Shown: piece by piece, positions 31,566 through 44,948 of the stretch
How the letters are laid out: each line of letters starts with the position of its first letter
How positions within the stretch are numbered: the stretch's first letter is position 1
From: a virus
Lineage: Duplodnaviria; Caudoviricetes
Length of the DNA: 64,000 bases
IMG/VR virus record: IMGVR_UViG_3300032038_000040
Coordinates: 32,442 to 96,441 of that record
Strand: one strand, 5' to 3'
The notes under the pieces: generated by a model
Databases searched by the model: none
Told to the model about the DNA's origin: nothing
The model's input: only the letters and a program-made list of their open reading frames with translations
Made by a program: the position numbers and the translations under genes

Positions 31566-34500
31566 TTAGAAACATTCATTTAACTAATTAAAGAAATCCT
31601 CCACATCATCAAATTCCAAACTTATTCCTTTTTCTGCAAGGAATGCCTTCTTATCTGCAAATGTCTTGCCTAATGAAGATATACTGCCATCTTTTGGAAT
31701 CCAGCCTTTCTCTTTAGCCATCTCTACTAACTTATCCTTATAAGCAGAACTCTTCATTATTCCTGCAAAGGTAGTTATTTTTTTCGATTTATCCAAATCA
31801 GATAGTTTGATTTTTCCTGTTTCATTTGGATTGGAACTCTTCTTTTCTTTCACCTCTTCTTTCTAGGCTTTCTCTGCTTGTTCCTTTTCTTTCTCTGCAG
31901 ACGTTGTTTCTGTTGCATTGGTACTTGAAGGAGATACTCCAAACATATTCATAAGAGATATTTCTTCTGAAGTTGCCTGATTTAAATCTATATCTTCAGT
32001 TTCAATGGCTTCAACTTCCTATATGCCAGATTGCTATTCAGCAGCTTCTTTTTGTTTTTTCTATTTTTCTAATTCCTGTTCCGCATTCTGTCTTCTTTCT
32101 TGCTCCATTCTTTCTTTTACTCTCTCATTGATTAGCTGATTAGTAATCTCTTGACTTGCCATATATACCTTACCATCTCTTGCTTCTGCCCAAACTATAG
32201 GATTAGTAGCATCATTTTTTATAATGTAATACTTATATTGTGCATCAGTAAAATCAGGAGTCAGCTGATTCTCTCTTATATACATACTGCACTGGATATG
32301 TCCTTTAGTCTCAGCATCTGTAACAGGTTTATAAGACTCGTCATACAACACTCCATCTATTTCTCTATATACCTTTCCTTCAATTATTGTTGACTTAGTA
32401 TACTTTTGTTGGGTCCTTCCAAAATCTCCAGAAGTATCATTAGATTTTCCCTATGACCAAGTAGTATTTTCTACAGCTATTATGTTGCCTTGAGCATCAC
32501 ATTGATACACTGAGTATAAAATTCCAGAGGTCGCTAATTTAGCCGCATCTGTCTACATTGCTCCTGCCTCACTGTACATCCTTATTAATGATGGTGACTA
32601 AAAGATTGCCTCGGTAATATTAATTCTTGGGTTAAGTTCAGTGAGCTATTTCATTATTTGACTTCTGTCATATCCTCTATTTAACCATATTGGATCTGAT
32701 TTTACACCATTTTTTATTATGGTAATGCATGGAGCATCAGGAGTTCCTATAAGAATGTTCTCACTTTCTCCAAAATAGAATCTTTGTACAAGTTCTGTAA
32801 TAGCCGCTTTTCTTGTTTCATAATCAGGATTTATTAATTTATGAAACAACTAGTCCAACTCCTGTTTTAGTTTACTGCCTTCTTTTAAGGAAGAATACCT
32901 GCAAGGGTCAATTCTTATAGGTATATACATTCCATTAAGAGTAGGAATATATATAAATGCAGCACCTAAGTTACCATCAACATCTTTAGGGTCATATCTT
33001 CTTTCCTAAGGAACATTTGATTTAACTTCATCATTAAATTGAATTCCCCACTTTAAATTTCCTAGAGATATTCCATGAGGATTTCTCACTCCTCTTTTAC
33101 CATCAGCAAGTTCTGCGACAGACCTTTTTGATGTTTCTGCATCAGATATTAGCTGATGAGTGATATATCCATTGGTAGCTGAAGCCACAGTGGTTTTGAA
33201 AGTTGGTGATACATAGGCAGATAATTCAGATGTTGGAGCTGTCTTACTAAAGAACTACTGTCTCTCATTCATTAGTATGGATTTAGTCTGATTATAGTTA
33301 CTTCTCTAAGCAAGAGTACCCATACTGAATCCTAATGTTCCAACAACTAAATATCTCTTTCCTCCACATTCAACAGTTCCATGCTCTCCACCATGAATTC
33401 TCTTCACCTTATCTGTCAATTCCACTACATTAAGTATTGTGGAAGAGGCGAATGCATTTCCTGCAGGCAACATTGCAAACTATATTCTGACTCCTGTCTT
33501 TAATATATCAGCTAACTCGTTGTCTACAGTGTCTTGTATACTACCCTCTTTATCTTTATACAAAAGCTCATTAAATGCCATGTACTGAGAGAATAAATCT
33601 CTCTCATTTCTTCCTTTCTTTCTAACCTGTCTGGCTTTTAGCCCAGATAAGTCATGTCTATGATACTCCACATAGTAATTTCCAGCAAGCAGTCCAGGAT
33701 TTCTACTATTATCTGTTTCCACAGATGTATTATCCTCATTAATTTCGTGAGAGTCATCTACCGAATCAACATTCTCCTCTTTCCCTTTATCTCTTTCTGA
33801 CAATGTTGGAGTAACAGCCATGCCATTCTCATCTACAGTAATTTCAGATGTTACCATAGCATCCTTATTAACAGGCTTCTCACCTTCAATTTCAGATGTG
33901 TCTATTACTTCATTCTCTTCAGGAGTTTCAACATCACTGGTATCAATAACTTCTTCCTCAGTACTGGCAACATCATCAGAAGATATGCCTTCTTCACCTT
34001 CCTGACTTTCTACATCAGTAGATTCTATTGGTGTTTCTCCTTCAGCACTTTCTACATCATTGTTTTCTATAGGAGTCTCATCAACTGGAGCTATGTCATC
34101 AACATTTACTTCATTAACATCAGAAGTATAATCCACTGTCCATCCAGAAGTATCTACAGCTTCATTTTCTCCTGTTTCCACATCCTCAGAAGTCACTCCC
34201 TCAATATCATCCAATGGATCTATAGTCCCATTTTCCAAGTTAATAACCTCATTATCTATAGTTAATGTTGCCGCTTTTTGATTTCCATTGTCTTTTGGAG
34301 CAACAATTTCTCCTGCCCTGACTCTTAATTTTTGTTGCTAATCTTGAGAGCTTACATATTCAGTATCTTGAGTTTCTCCCTACTGATTTTGCCAAGGATT
34401 ATCATACTTAATGCCCATTAATACAGGCTTTCCTTTTTCATCTCTTTTAAACTCAACTATAGTTCCATTTCCTTTATCTGTATGTACTCTGCCTCCATTA

Positions 34501-37500
34501 TGAAATCCTGACCATCCCCAGTAAGAACCGTCGTTTTTTACTTTTTTGACATTATCCTCTTTTCTTTTTTGTATTTTTGTGGCATCCCTAGTTAACTTAA
34601 GTTTTTCAGCCACTTCTGCTAACATTTTAAAGTCATCTTTAGCCTCAGAATTTGATTGCTAATCAATTAAATCTTCAAGAAGAGACATTACTTCTGCTGA
34701 TGATTCTGCATCTGCAAACTATCTTTGCATGGCTTCTATATATACATTACGCTTCTCCTCTGTCATATTTGGCAGCATATCAAGAGCAACTCCCAATATT
34801 CTTTCCGTATTGAAAGTTTCCCTCAAATCATTCAGTGGATGCTACTCAATAGGGATTCCTAATTCTTCTGCATCTTCTTTTACAAAGGTATTAAATTCAG
34901 AAACAGAAAGTTTATCTGTGCCTACAGAAGCTTTGGCATATTCTTTCATTCTATTGATATGCTCCTATGAAGTCAAGTCTCCGCCTGAAGGATCTTTACC
35001 TAAAGCCATGAAAGTATCCCTCACATCAGACCTTCTTATGTCTTTATATATCCTTGTTAAGTCAGCAAATTTTCTATCAGATATTCTCTCTACATACTCA
35101 GCATATTGCTCTGGATTATCATATATTTTTTCAAGAGCCTTCTGATTCATTTCTATTCTCTCGTTTATTTCTGCAGCATCATCAACTGTTTTCAACAGGT
35201 CTGGATTTTTCTGCTTTAATAATCTTCGAGCTTTGTCTATTTCTTGTCTCTGCTATTCACTATAATTTCGTTTTGCTGACTCATCTAACATTTTACTCCT
35301 TTGAAAAGGATTCAGATTTAAAATCTACTATGCAGACAGCACTTGTCCTAAATCACCTGACTCACCATCATTTTCAAGGAATTTCACCTCATCTTCAAAG
35401 TGTTTTACAGTTTCCTTTTTTGTTTCAATCTGCAAAGCCAAAGCCTGTATTGCTTTTCTTAGTGTCTTTTTTCTTTTTATTGATGAGGCACTATCAAAGT
35501 GATGATTAAGTCTTTTATCTTTATTCTCAAGTTCCTCTAATTCCTTTTTTTCTCTTTCTAGATTTTCCTGAGCTATTTTAACCATCCTGTCTTTACCCTC
35601 TTGAGTAGAATATTCTGCGGCTAGTTCTCTCTAGGTATTTACATTCTCATTTCCACTGATTTCAGTTTCCATCTATGCCAGCCTTTCTTTCCAATTAGCA
35701 TCCATAACAAGATTATAGAGAATTTGAATCTTTTCTTTTTCTCCTTTATTTGCTAATTGTTTACTAGACTCTATTTTAGCTTTGACTTCATTAAATGTCT
35801 ACTGCATTTTCTGAAGCCTTTCAGCATTTTTTAGAATTGTTTCTCTGGCTATCTACTATTGTTCTTCCTCTGTTTTTCCATCCTTTATTTCCTGATTCTC
35901 GTGTAAAAAGCTGGAAATCATTTCCTGAGATATATTACCAGTAGCTAATTCACTTATTTGTTGTATGGCTCTCTAAACAAGAGGATTATTTGCCATTACC
36001 TCATTTTGAGATGCTATATCTAGAAAGTTAATTAAAGAGAAGACTGCTGCCTCTTTTTTATCTTTTGATTCTAATGTTGAAATGTCCTTATCTGCAAGTC
36101 TGTTATAATTCATTATAAGTTCAGCTATGCCATCCAAATCATCTTTGTGCTTAACCATCACTTTATTGATGTCTTCCAGCAAATCATCAGCCGCCCTTAC
36201 TTCAGAAACAGCATTTTGGTAAGAAGCGATAACTGGAAGAGTTAACCAAGTATTAACTTTTTCATACCATTTGGCTTTCTTTCCAGTATCAACATATTCT
36301 TTTTTTTCTGCATCCCACTTGCTCAGTCCATAATATTCTTTTGTTTTGTTTCTTGCATCTTTACTATTGACCATAGGACCAAAAGCACCTCCTCCTGCTC
36401 CCAACATAAAGGCAATAAGGGATTGTTTTGCAAACCATTTCTAATTACTTTCAGACACTGCACCCTAAACTCCAGAAAGAAAATCACTGGATATTTGATG
36501 ATGACCCAATACTGTGCCTTCCGGGTCATATTTTCTAGCCAAGTAGTTATTATAATCTCCAAGACCAAATCCAACAGTTAATCCTGTTGTGACCTCATCT
36601 AAGTAGTTAGATTGTCCTGAACTCCATACAGGAACAATTATTCCTTTTGCTTTATGCCATCTGGCAGCTGACTTTGAAAGAGTGGCAGCTCCAGTTTCAG
36701 TATTATATTCAGCTCCTTTTGCTGCAAGCTTTTCTGCGGTATTTCTTGATAAATACTGCTATGATGAAGGACTTAACATGTATTTTCTGAGTGTTGCAGT
36801 AGCTCCAGCATATCTAAGTAATTCTATTATGTTGTCAGATAGAAAAGTAGCATTGGCACTTTCTTTCAGATGTTCAAAATCTTCACTGTATTTTCCATAA
36901 TCATCTATATTCCCATCTTCGTCAAATGTAATTCCAGCTTCTTTGAGGAACTCTTGCTTCAAGGCAGTATTATAATCATTTTTTATTGCCTGTACAGCCT
37001 GATTTTTATCATATCCTTTTTCTAAGTAAGGTTTCAACTGTGCATCAGAAGCAATCATGAAATTATTATTTCCCTTGCCCTCTTTTGCATCTTTAGATTG
37101 GGAAGGTAAACTAGAATGTTCTTCAGCCCATTTTGTGGCATCAGCATCTATCAGTTTTTCCAAATCTGCCTTTCCTCTGTCCATCACCTCATGGTATGCA
37201 CCATAAGAATATGAGAATGCTATAGGCATAGCATTGTTAGTTACTTCCAAAGTAGCAGTAAGACCCTTTGGAAGCCTCATTGCTTTACCTACACCTCCTG
37301 TAGCTTGTGCCAATAAATACTACGCAATGACGAACTTGGTCATTTCCATCATTTCTCCAAAGTTCTTCATTGTTAGTACACCCTATTCATCTTTAGCAGA
37401 GTAAATTGGATTATAAGGTGATAGTCCACCATGTTTATCTGAAAGTTTTATTTCATCTGTATCATAAGTATTATATTGTTCTACCTTTTGCCAATATTGT

Positions 37501-38963
37501 GGATCTGCCAAAAAGCTATTTTCGGTCCCATCTCCAGAAGCATCTCTTCCATTCATCCATTCATAAAGACCTTTTTTCCCATATTTCGCCTCTACAGCAT
37601 AACTTTCCAAGTTCATTATGAAATTCATCAACTGTGCTTCAACACCAGTCTTTAATATTCTACTGAGATGCTGTTTTGCATTATGCATTGTTGGTACTCC
37701 ATTATCAAATTCTACTTTCCCGGCAATGTAATTCTTCATTATGGTTTCAGCTGCAGGCTATGCAGATATTTCTCCATAATTCTACACAACAGCTAGATAC
37801 TAAGAAAGCATAGTCAGTTTGTCTTCCATTGGTATGTTATCCAAATCAGCCTCATCTTTAAATCTCTTATAATGGTTTGTACCATTAAAGTTTTCTTCTT
37901 TAGTTGGAGTGCCCTCAAATTTAGAGAAGTCAAATATAGGATTTCCATTTTCATCTCTAGGAAGTTGAGATATACTATCTGGTTTCTCTGTAATATCATC
38001 CAAATCTTTTTCTTTCCCTTTGTTTTTATCATCTCCCTTGAAAACCTTATCCCACAAATCCATTAAATAGACATCATAATCCTTCTTAGTGCCATCAGGC
38101 AATTCCATTTGCAAGTTCTGACTCATGGCTGTTTGCCACATGCCTTTCATATTCTAAGCATCTGTGTCAGAATTGTCTATCTTATAGTCAGCATCTGCAG
38201 TTATAATATCTTGAATTTTCTTGCTTTTCTCTGCAATTTGTTTGTTAAATTCTTTTGCTTTTGCATCTTCTAATCTTGTGATTGTTTTTTCTTTGCCTGT
38301 TTTTGGGTCATAAATAGTTGTGGTGCCCAAAAGACTGGTGTTCTCTGGAGTGACTGCCTGTCCAGCAAATCCTGCAGTAAATCCACCTTCCTACTACTAT
38401 TTTTTAACAACATCTACAAGTCTTTTTTGAGAATCATACGCTTTTTGTACATTCTAATCAGCAGTTTGTTTTAGTTCTTCTTTATTAAGAACACCTTCTT
38501 CTAACATCTTTCTTTTTCCTTCTGGAGACAACAATAGTTGCAAATTAGGAAAATCATCATCTTTGTTGTAATAATTCTCAAACACTTTCACAGCTAGCAT
38601 ATCATTGAAAGTCTCACCAAGATGAGGAAGAATCTCAGGAGAATTTGTAACAAGAGCATTAAATGCATCTTTGCCAAATGTATTAACAAACTGTCTGTTT
38701 CTATGCCATACTACTTGCTGTTCAAATGGTACTGCATCAGGATTTTTACCTTCAGAACGCCACATTTCTTTCCATTTTTCCTATTCATCTTCCGATAAAT
38801 CAGTAAATGGTTTATAAGCAAAATTATTATAAAAGTTAAGGTTTTCTTTGGCTGAAGAGAGTCCCTTCAGCCCTTGTAAAGCATACAATCCAGTGTTATT
38901 ATTATATAATGCACGAGATGCAGTATGTGAAATACCCTATAACATATCTTTAAGTGTTCCCAT
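31566..38963 (-). CDS. Giant virion cargo protein (~2465 aa, TAG=Gln)
   Basis: 13 fragments in one frame; ATG 38963, TAA 31566; coiled-coil and acidic low-complexity segments. Confidence 0.8.
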
Positions 38964-38982
38964 AATCAATCGCTTTTATCTT

Positions 38983-40512
38983 TTAATAGCCTCCCTAATC
39001 TATTTCCTCTGTTTGACCACTCACCAATCCATAAGAGGAATTATTTGTATTTCCTACTGCTTGAGAATTAGCTAATGAATAGTATGAATCTTCTTCAGCA
39101 TTATAATAAACAGTATCACCAGCCCTCAATGCTTTAAGTATTGGATTTGGTATGTCCTTAATCTTTTTATCGGCAGTCTAAACTTTAGTGGCGTTCTAAG
39201 GAAGTGCTTTATATTCACTTAAATCTCCCTATACATATTCTTTAAAATCAATGGGTTCAGTGCCATAATTTCTCTGCGTATATATCTGTCCATTACTCTA
39301 ATAGAACGTGGCTCCTGGTATTGACTATGATTTTTCTTTTTCTTTGCCTTTTCCTGAAGTCACCATAGTAATCTTTGGTATTCCCTTATCATTCATTATT
39401 AGATTCCCATTTTTATCTTGTGCTAATGTTGCCTGACCACTACTAATTAGAGCAGAAATGATAGCAAATTCCTTATCAACAGGTCTATTCTTTTGTTCCT
39501 GGGTCTATTTCCATATTTCCAGCTGTCTAGCTGCTGCCGCATTTCTATCGCTTGATTCAATCTATGCCATAGATGTTTTATATGAAATATTTTGTCCTCT
39601 CTTTGTTATTTCTCCAGAATAAATCGTAGAAGCATCAACTTTAGACCTGTCTGCAAGTATCTGATGTTGCCAAGAACCCATTCCCTAAGCGAATGACTGC
39701 TGTACTCTATCAAGAATATAATTCTTATCATTCTAGTTTTCCCATCCAGTTAGTCTATTGGACATACTTCCAAGATATTCATTGAGTTTATCTACTGTAG
39801 GTTTTATTTTAGCTATTTCAGCTTCTGCTCTTTGTTTTGCCTAGTTATATTTTTTGGAATCTTTTTTAGGATCAATGCCTGCCACAGCATTATCTACAAT
39901 CTGCTTTTCATACTATCCATTGCCCAAAGCTTGAATTACTTCTGGAGTAAGTCCTTGTCTAGTCATTATGTCTATATACAATCCTCCAACAGGAGAAGAC
40001 TTTATTTCATTAAATGCTTTTCCTAAGGCAGTAGCATAATCTGCTGCCCTCTTTTCTTCTTTACTTACATCAATAGTAGTATTATCTGGAGTAGCCCCAT
40101 GCAGAAACTCTCCTATTCTTACATTGTCATGCTTGAATAATATATCAGGATTCTGCTATTGAATAGCCTGTCTGGTTTTTATGAATTCATCTCTTTTAGT
40201 TTTAGCTTCTAGAAGAGGCTTTATATTTGTATTATAACTTAGTCTCGCATTCATTAATTTCTTTCTTGAATTTTTCAAGCCATGTGTCATTAATGAATCC
40301 AATCCCTCATTATATTTCTAATTAAAGTCACTCCACATTTTATATGCATCAGCGTCCTAATTGGCATCAAGCAGCTCTCCCCACTAAGAGGCATCTTCTC
40401 CCAAGGTGGCATATAAATCCTCCTGTCTTCTGAACTCTTCCCCATACATCTGAAGAGGTTTAACCATCTCATCAAATGTTATAGGAGTAAAATAACTCTG
40501 TATTACTGCCAT
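38983..40512 (-). CDS. Virion cargo protein 2 (~509 aa, TAG=Gln; absent from ORF track)
   Basis: Starts MAVIQSYFTPITFDEMVKPLQMY, resembling crAss cargo proteins; start and TAA 38983 in the same frame. Confidence 0.72.
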
Positions 40513-40523
40513 ATTCTATTAAA

Positions 40524-43055
40524 TTAAAATGTTAAACCCTTCTTTTTTCTTGTACGGAGTTTTCCTCCCTTAGCTGCACCATGTTTCTATTTGTATGCAT
40601 AGAGGTTTCTCATATTATCCCATCCATTTTTAGTAAAGTCCTGTAATGGTGTATCAGGCAGTACTCCAAACACATCATTTACCATTGCCCACATAGCATT
40701 ATTCTTATTCCAATTCTCAGTACCAAGGTTTCCCAAAGCCTTACCAAAGTATCCTCTGTTCTCGTCTCCCTGGTCATCAACCCTGATTCTTTCATTATCC
40801 CTAAGCTGTGAAGTCTTAAGTAACTGCTGTGCTATGGCTGTTCCTCTCTGCTGATTAGCCATCTATGCCTGCAGGTCTCTCTTATAGAAGTCCTCAAGTA
40901 TCTTATTATTGAACTCTCCAGTCTTAAAGTCTAATTCAGTCTGTGCAGCCCTTGCCTGTTTCCTTGCATTGGCCATAGCCTGCTATGCCTGAGCATCAGC
41001 AGCAAGAATATTTGTCATTTGATTTGCACTGTTTGTATTGCCAAGACTTAATGCCGCATTTCTTGCAGCACTGTTTTGAGCGGCTATCTATAACATATCA
41101 AAGTTAGGGTCCAGTATTTCCCTTTCCTTGAATCCTCCAGCAGGACTTGTTCCAATTGTAGGTATGGCATATGCAGCCTGTTCAGCCCTTTCTATATTTC
41201 CATAGAATGGGTCAGTAAATAAATCTTTCAGTACTTGGGCACCGTTTGTTATAATAGGAGCATATCTCATCCATGTAGGAGCATATTTTATACCCTCAGG
41301 CTCATTATTTTTCTGAGGTTTCTCCTGATAATTATTCAATCCAGCAAATGGAGTATATGTATTTATGGCATCTAATGGAGCTATGACTTTTTTAGTAGTA
41401 TCAAGTGCAGTATCAACATTTTTGGGAATTATTAAATCCTTCTTTTTTGGTGCCACAATCTCGACTTCATTCAATGTTCTCTTGTCATTATTCCATAAAT
41501 AAGGAATTTCCTCATTTGCAAATACCTTTCTTAAGTCAATGTCCTCGGGCTTCTCATCAATATTCAAGTATGCGGGGAATTGACTTCTTATATAACTACG
41601 TCCTTCCTGATTATATGTATTATAATTATTCAGAATATTTCTTGCACTATCCCAAGTCAGATTTCCTTCTTTGACTAAGTTTATTAAATCTGGCGGTATT
41701 TCTGGAGGAGTAAACTTATTATATGCAGAACCACCAGAAAGGAACATATTAGGAAGTTTTCCTCCAAATGCCGCAACAACAGCCTGTTGCTGTTGTGATT
41801 CCTACTCAGTCATTTTAATTTCTTCCTAAGCAGCCATTAAATCTGACATTGCAGACATTAATCCATTTTTACTTATTACACTGTTAGGTCTTTCTTCAGA
41901 TTCTTTAGAGAGCTTCTTTGAAGCATCAGCAAAAGTGAGATTCCCACCTAATTTATATTTCTTTGCCAGTAGTTTTGGTATTTTTATTCTATTTGAGAAT
42001 ACATAATCATTAAACACAGTTTCTCCCTACTCTACTAAATTGGGCTATCCATCAGGAGCAATTCCCATAGGTACTCCCTGAAGAGGATTCTATTCATGAG
42101 TTCCTCCTTGATTTACAAATATAACACCATTAGTAAAGTCTGCTCCCTAAGTATTTAGTTCTCCACCAAAAGCATTCCAATTGGCGGCATTTCTAGCAAA
42201 ATTTGCTTTCTTAATAAGGCTCACAGGATAGTTATCTTTATTTGAGAGAACCCTGTTTGCAAATTCCTGGACTCCCAGTCCTCTCTTCTTTGCTTCTCTT
42301 GTAAATGAACCTACATTTTCAGGATTTATATTTATTCTTCCTCCACGAGCAAATGTCTGTAGAGGAACAAATCCTTGCCATCTATTTAGAGACTAATTAA
42401 AATTTCCATTATTTGTTACTCTGTCTCCAAATATTGGCATATATCCACCGAATGCATAATCATTAGCTTCCATTTCATATCTCTTTTGATTTTCTACTGC
42501 TTTTGTTTTATCCCATAATCCTCTGAATCCTCGAAGATTAGCTCTTGAATAAAGCCTATTTATTTTAGTAGCCTGATTTTTGGCTTTTTTGTTTCCTCGC
42601 AACCATCCGAGAACTCCACCTAAGGTTCCTACAATTACACCTGCTGCAGCTCCATATGGTCCTCCAATAGAAGCTCCAGCCAAAGCTCCTTTCGCAGCAC
42701 CAGTTGCAGTATTCATTATACCCTATCCAGTTTTTAATCCTCTTATGTCTCTCCAAGACATTTTTTGCATAGGAATATAGGAATTCCATTCACTCATCAA
42801 CTAATCATTAGTGCTTGCATTTGATACACTGTTGTATAGTCCTTTGGCTTTGGATTCCTATGCTGAAGTATCAGCTATTTTACTGTTGGATGTGAAAGCT
42901 TCTACAACTCCTTGTACTCCTTGAAGAGCAGCCGTAGCTCCTTGTATGTTATCTTCAACAGTAGATCCCTTTCCAAATGTGTTATTCCATCTTTCCTTAC
43001 TATTGGCACTGGCCTTATCAAAGAAACCATTATTTTTTTCTGTTATAACTGACAT
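40524..43055 (-). CDS. Virion cargo protein 1 with glycine zipper and repeated xxGG motifs (~843 aa, TAG=Gln)
   Basis: Five fragments in one frame; GAAKGALAGASIGGPYGAAAG zipper; GGTHEQNPLQGVPMG..VEQGETV..YVFSNR; ends KKKGLTF. Confidence 0.8.
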
Positions 43056-43077
43056 ATTAATTACATTATATTATTTT

Positions 43078-43131
43078 TGCAAATTTAATAATAAAAAAAC
43101 AATCTATCAATAGAATAAAGAAATAATTTAT
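43078..43131 (-). promoter_or_regulatory. Late promoter P4 (upstream of cargo/RNAP operon)
   Basis: ATAAAT-N12-CTATTG-N20-TAAATTTGCA; matches Bacteroidota -7 TAnnTTTG. Confidence 0.75.
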
Positions 43132-43166
43132 TGATGAATTATATATTTAGTTATAAAAGCAAAACT

Positions 43167-44948
43167 TTAAAGAGGGACATGTGCTACAACATAATCTAAG
43201 GCATACCAATCTCCATCATAATATATTAAATTAGCAGAGAATAATCTTGTGTTTACGTCAACATATCCGTATGTTGTACTATTCAATGCTGGTGGATACA
43301 TTGTTTTTTGATCAATGTAATAAATCTTACTAGAAAACGCTAATCCATAATGCTTACTGGTAGTTGATACAAGTTTTACTTGTAGTATCTTACCATTTGG
43401 ACATGGAGAAGGCAATGTCACTATTACAGATCTATCAGATTCTATTATTGCAATATCATCGTTCATATCCAAAGACACTCTTTGTTGGGATGAACTTGAA
43501 ACTGTATATATATTAATGTTTTGAGTAAAACTTTGTGATTGTATTTTTCCTTTAATTGATAGTTCTCCACCTGTATCCCATGATAAATTATTATTGGCTA
43601 CATAGCCACTTCCATCAGCTTTAAGCCAAATAGAAGGCGTCTAAGAATTGAGACCCAATTTTAATCCAGCATCTGGCTTTAAAGAAGTAAGAGTAATTCC
43701 ATTTTTCACTTCTGCTATGATAGTATCCGTATCTATATGCACTTCATTGGCAATCGTTGTGATAATATCACCTGTTTGTATAATCTAATTTGCTGTTTGG
43801 GATATGTATTCAGGAGTTTGTATGATTGAACTCACCTTATTATTCACAGCATTAGTCACAGTACTTATAATACTATCATCACTTATCAATAAAGATGCAA
43901 TAGAACTAGAGTCAATATTACCTGCAATTATTTGCAACTGATTGGCACTCATTGTTATGTTATTTGCAATGGTGTTTAAATCCTATGCACTTAAAGTAAT
44001 ATGCCCAGCTATTATGGATGCATATTCAGAACTCAGTTCTAGTTTATTTATTAGAACTCTTGCATTATCGCTGTTCCAGTCTAGGTTGTTTATAGCAGCT
44101 GTAAGAGTCTCTGAAGATATTGTTATCTACTTAGCAATTGCTGTAAGCTAGGCTGCAGTTAATTCTTTATGTGCAAATGCCACACTCTGCACTTGTGACC
44201 ATGGAGATTCATTACCATCAGAATAAAATGCCTTTACACAGAACCACCCATTATTATCTGACACAGGATTTGTACTCCATCCTGATGGTGAAGTAAATGT
44301 TCCTGTATTCCAATCATAAGAACCTCCCTCAGGTGATGATGGCAATGTCTCCTATTGTTTATATACTACTGCCACATAAGTCTATACCGCAGATCGTGGA
44401 GTAGGAATAATTCCAACAATCTGTGTTGGGGTACTCCAATCTATATTCCCATTATTGTAGCACTTTCCTATGCTCAGATATATAGTATCAGAGTCTACTT
44501 CTTGTGCAGTTAAATACCATCCAGTTGGAGGAGTGAGTGTTTCTCCATCCCAGTTTCCACCTGAAGGAGTATTTGGACTGTCTCCATATATTATCTAAAC
44601 ACTGAAATAATTCAACTGATGCACAATTTCATTATCTATTCGATTTTCTAATTCAGTAATTTCTGGAGTGATACCATCTTTTCCTTTTGGAAGAGTAAAA
44701 TTAAATACTAATGTATTTCCATTTTTTACATTGACACTTACTCCTGCAGTACTGGCTTCCTATGCATATGCCTCAGCTTTTATTTCTGATAATCCATTAT
44801 TGCTGATACTAGTTTTGAGGTCATTTATAATTCTACTCAAAGGGTTTCCAATGTTGTCGTATACAGCATGAGTACTAGTGACAGGATATATATCAGTTTC
44901 TCCTTGTTTTCCAATATCGGAATTTTTTAATATTTTAATTATTCCCAT
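43167..44948 (-). CDS. Tail fibre/needle-like protein (~593 aa, TAG=Gln)
   Basis: Fragments in frame; IYPVTST.AV N-terminus; repeated P.GG.(W/Y)D...P.GW units; lies after muzzle. Confidence 0.65.
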
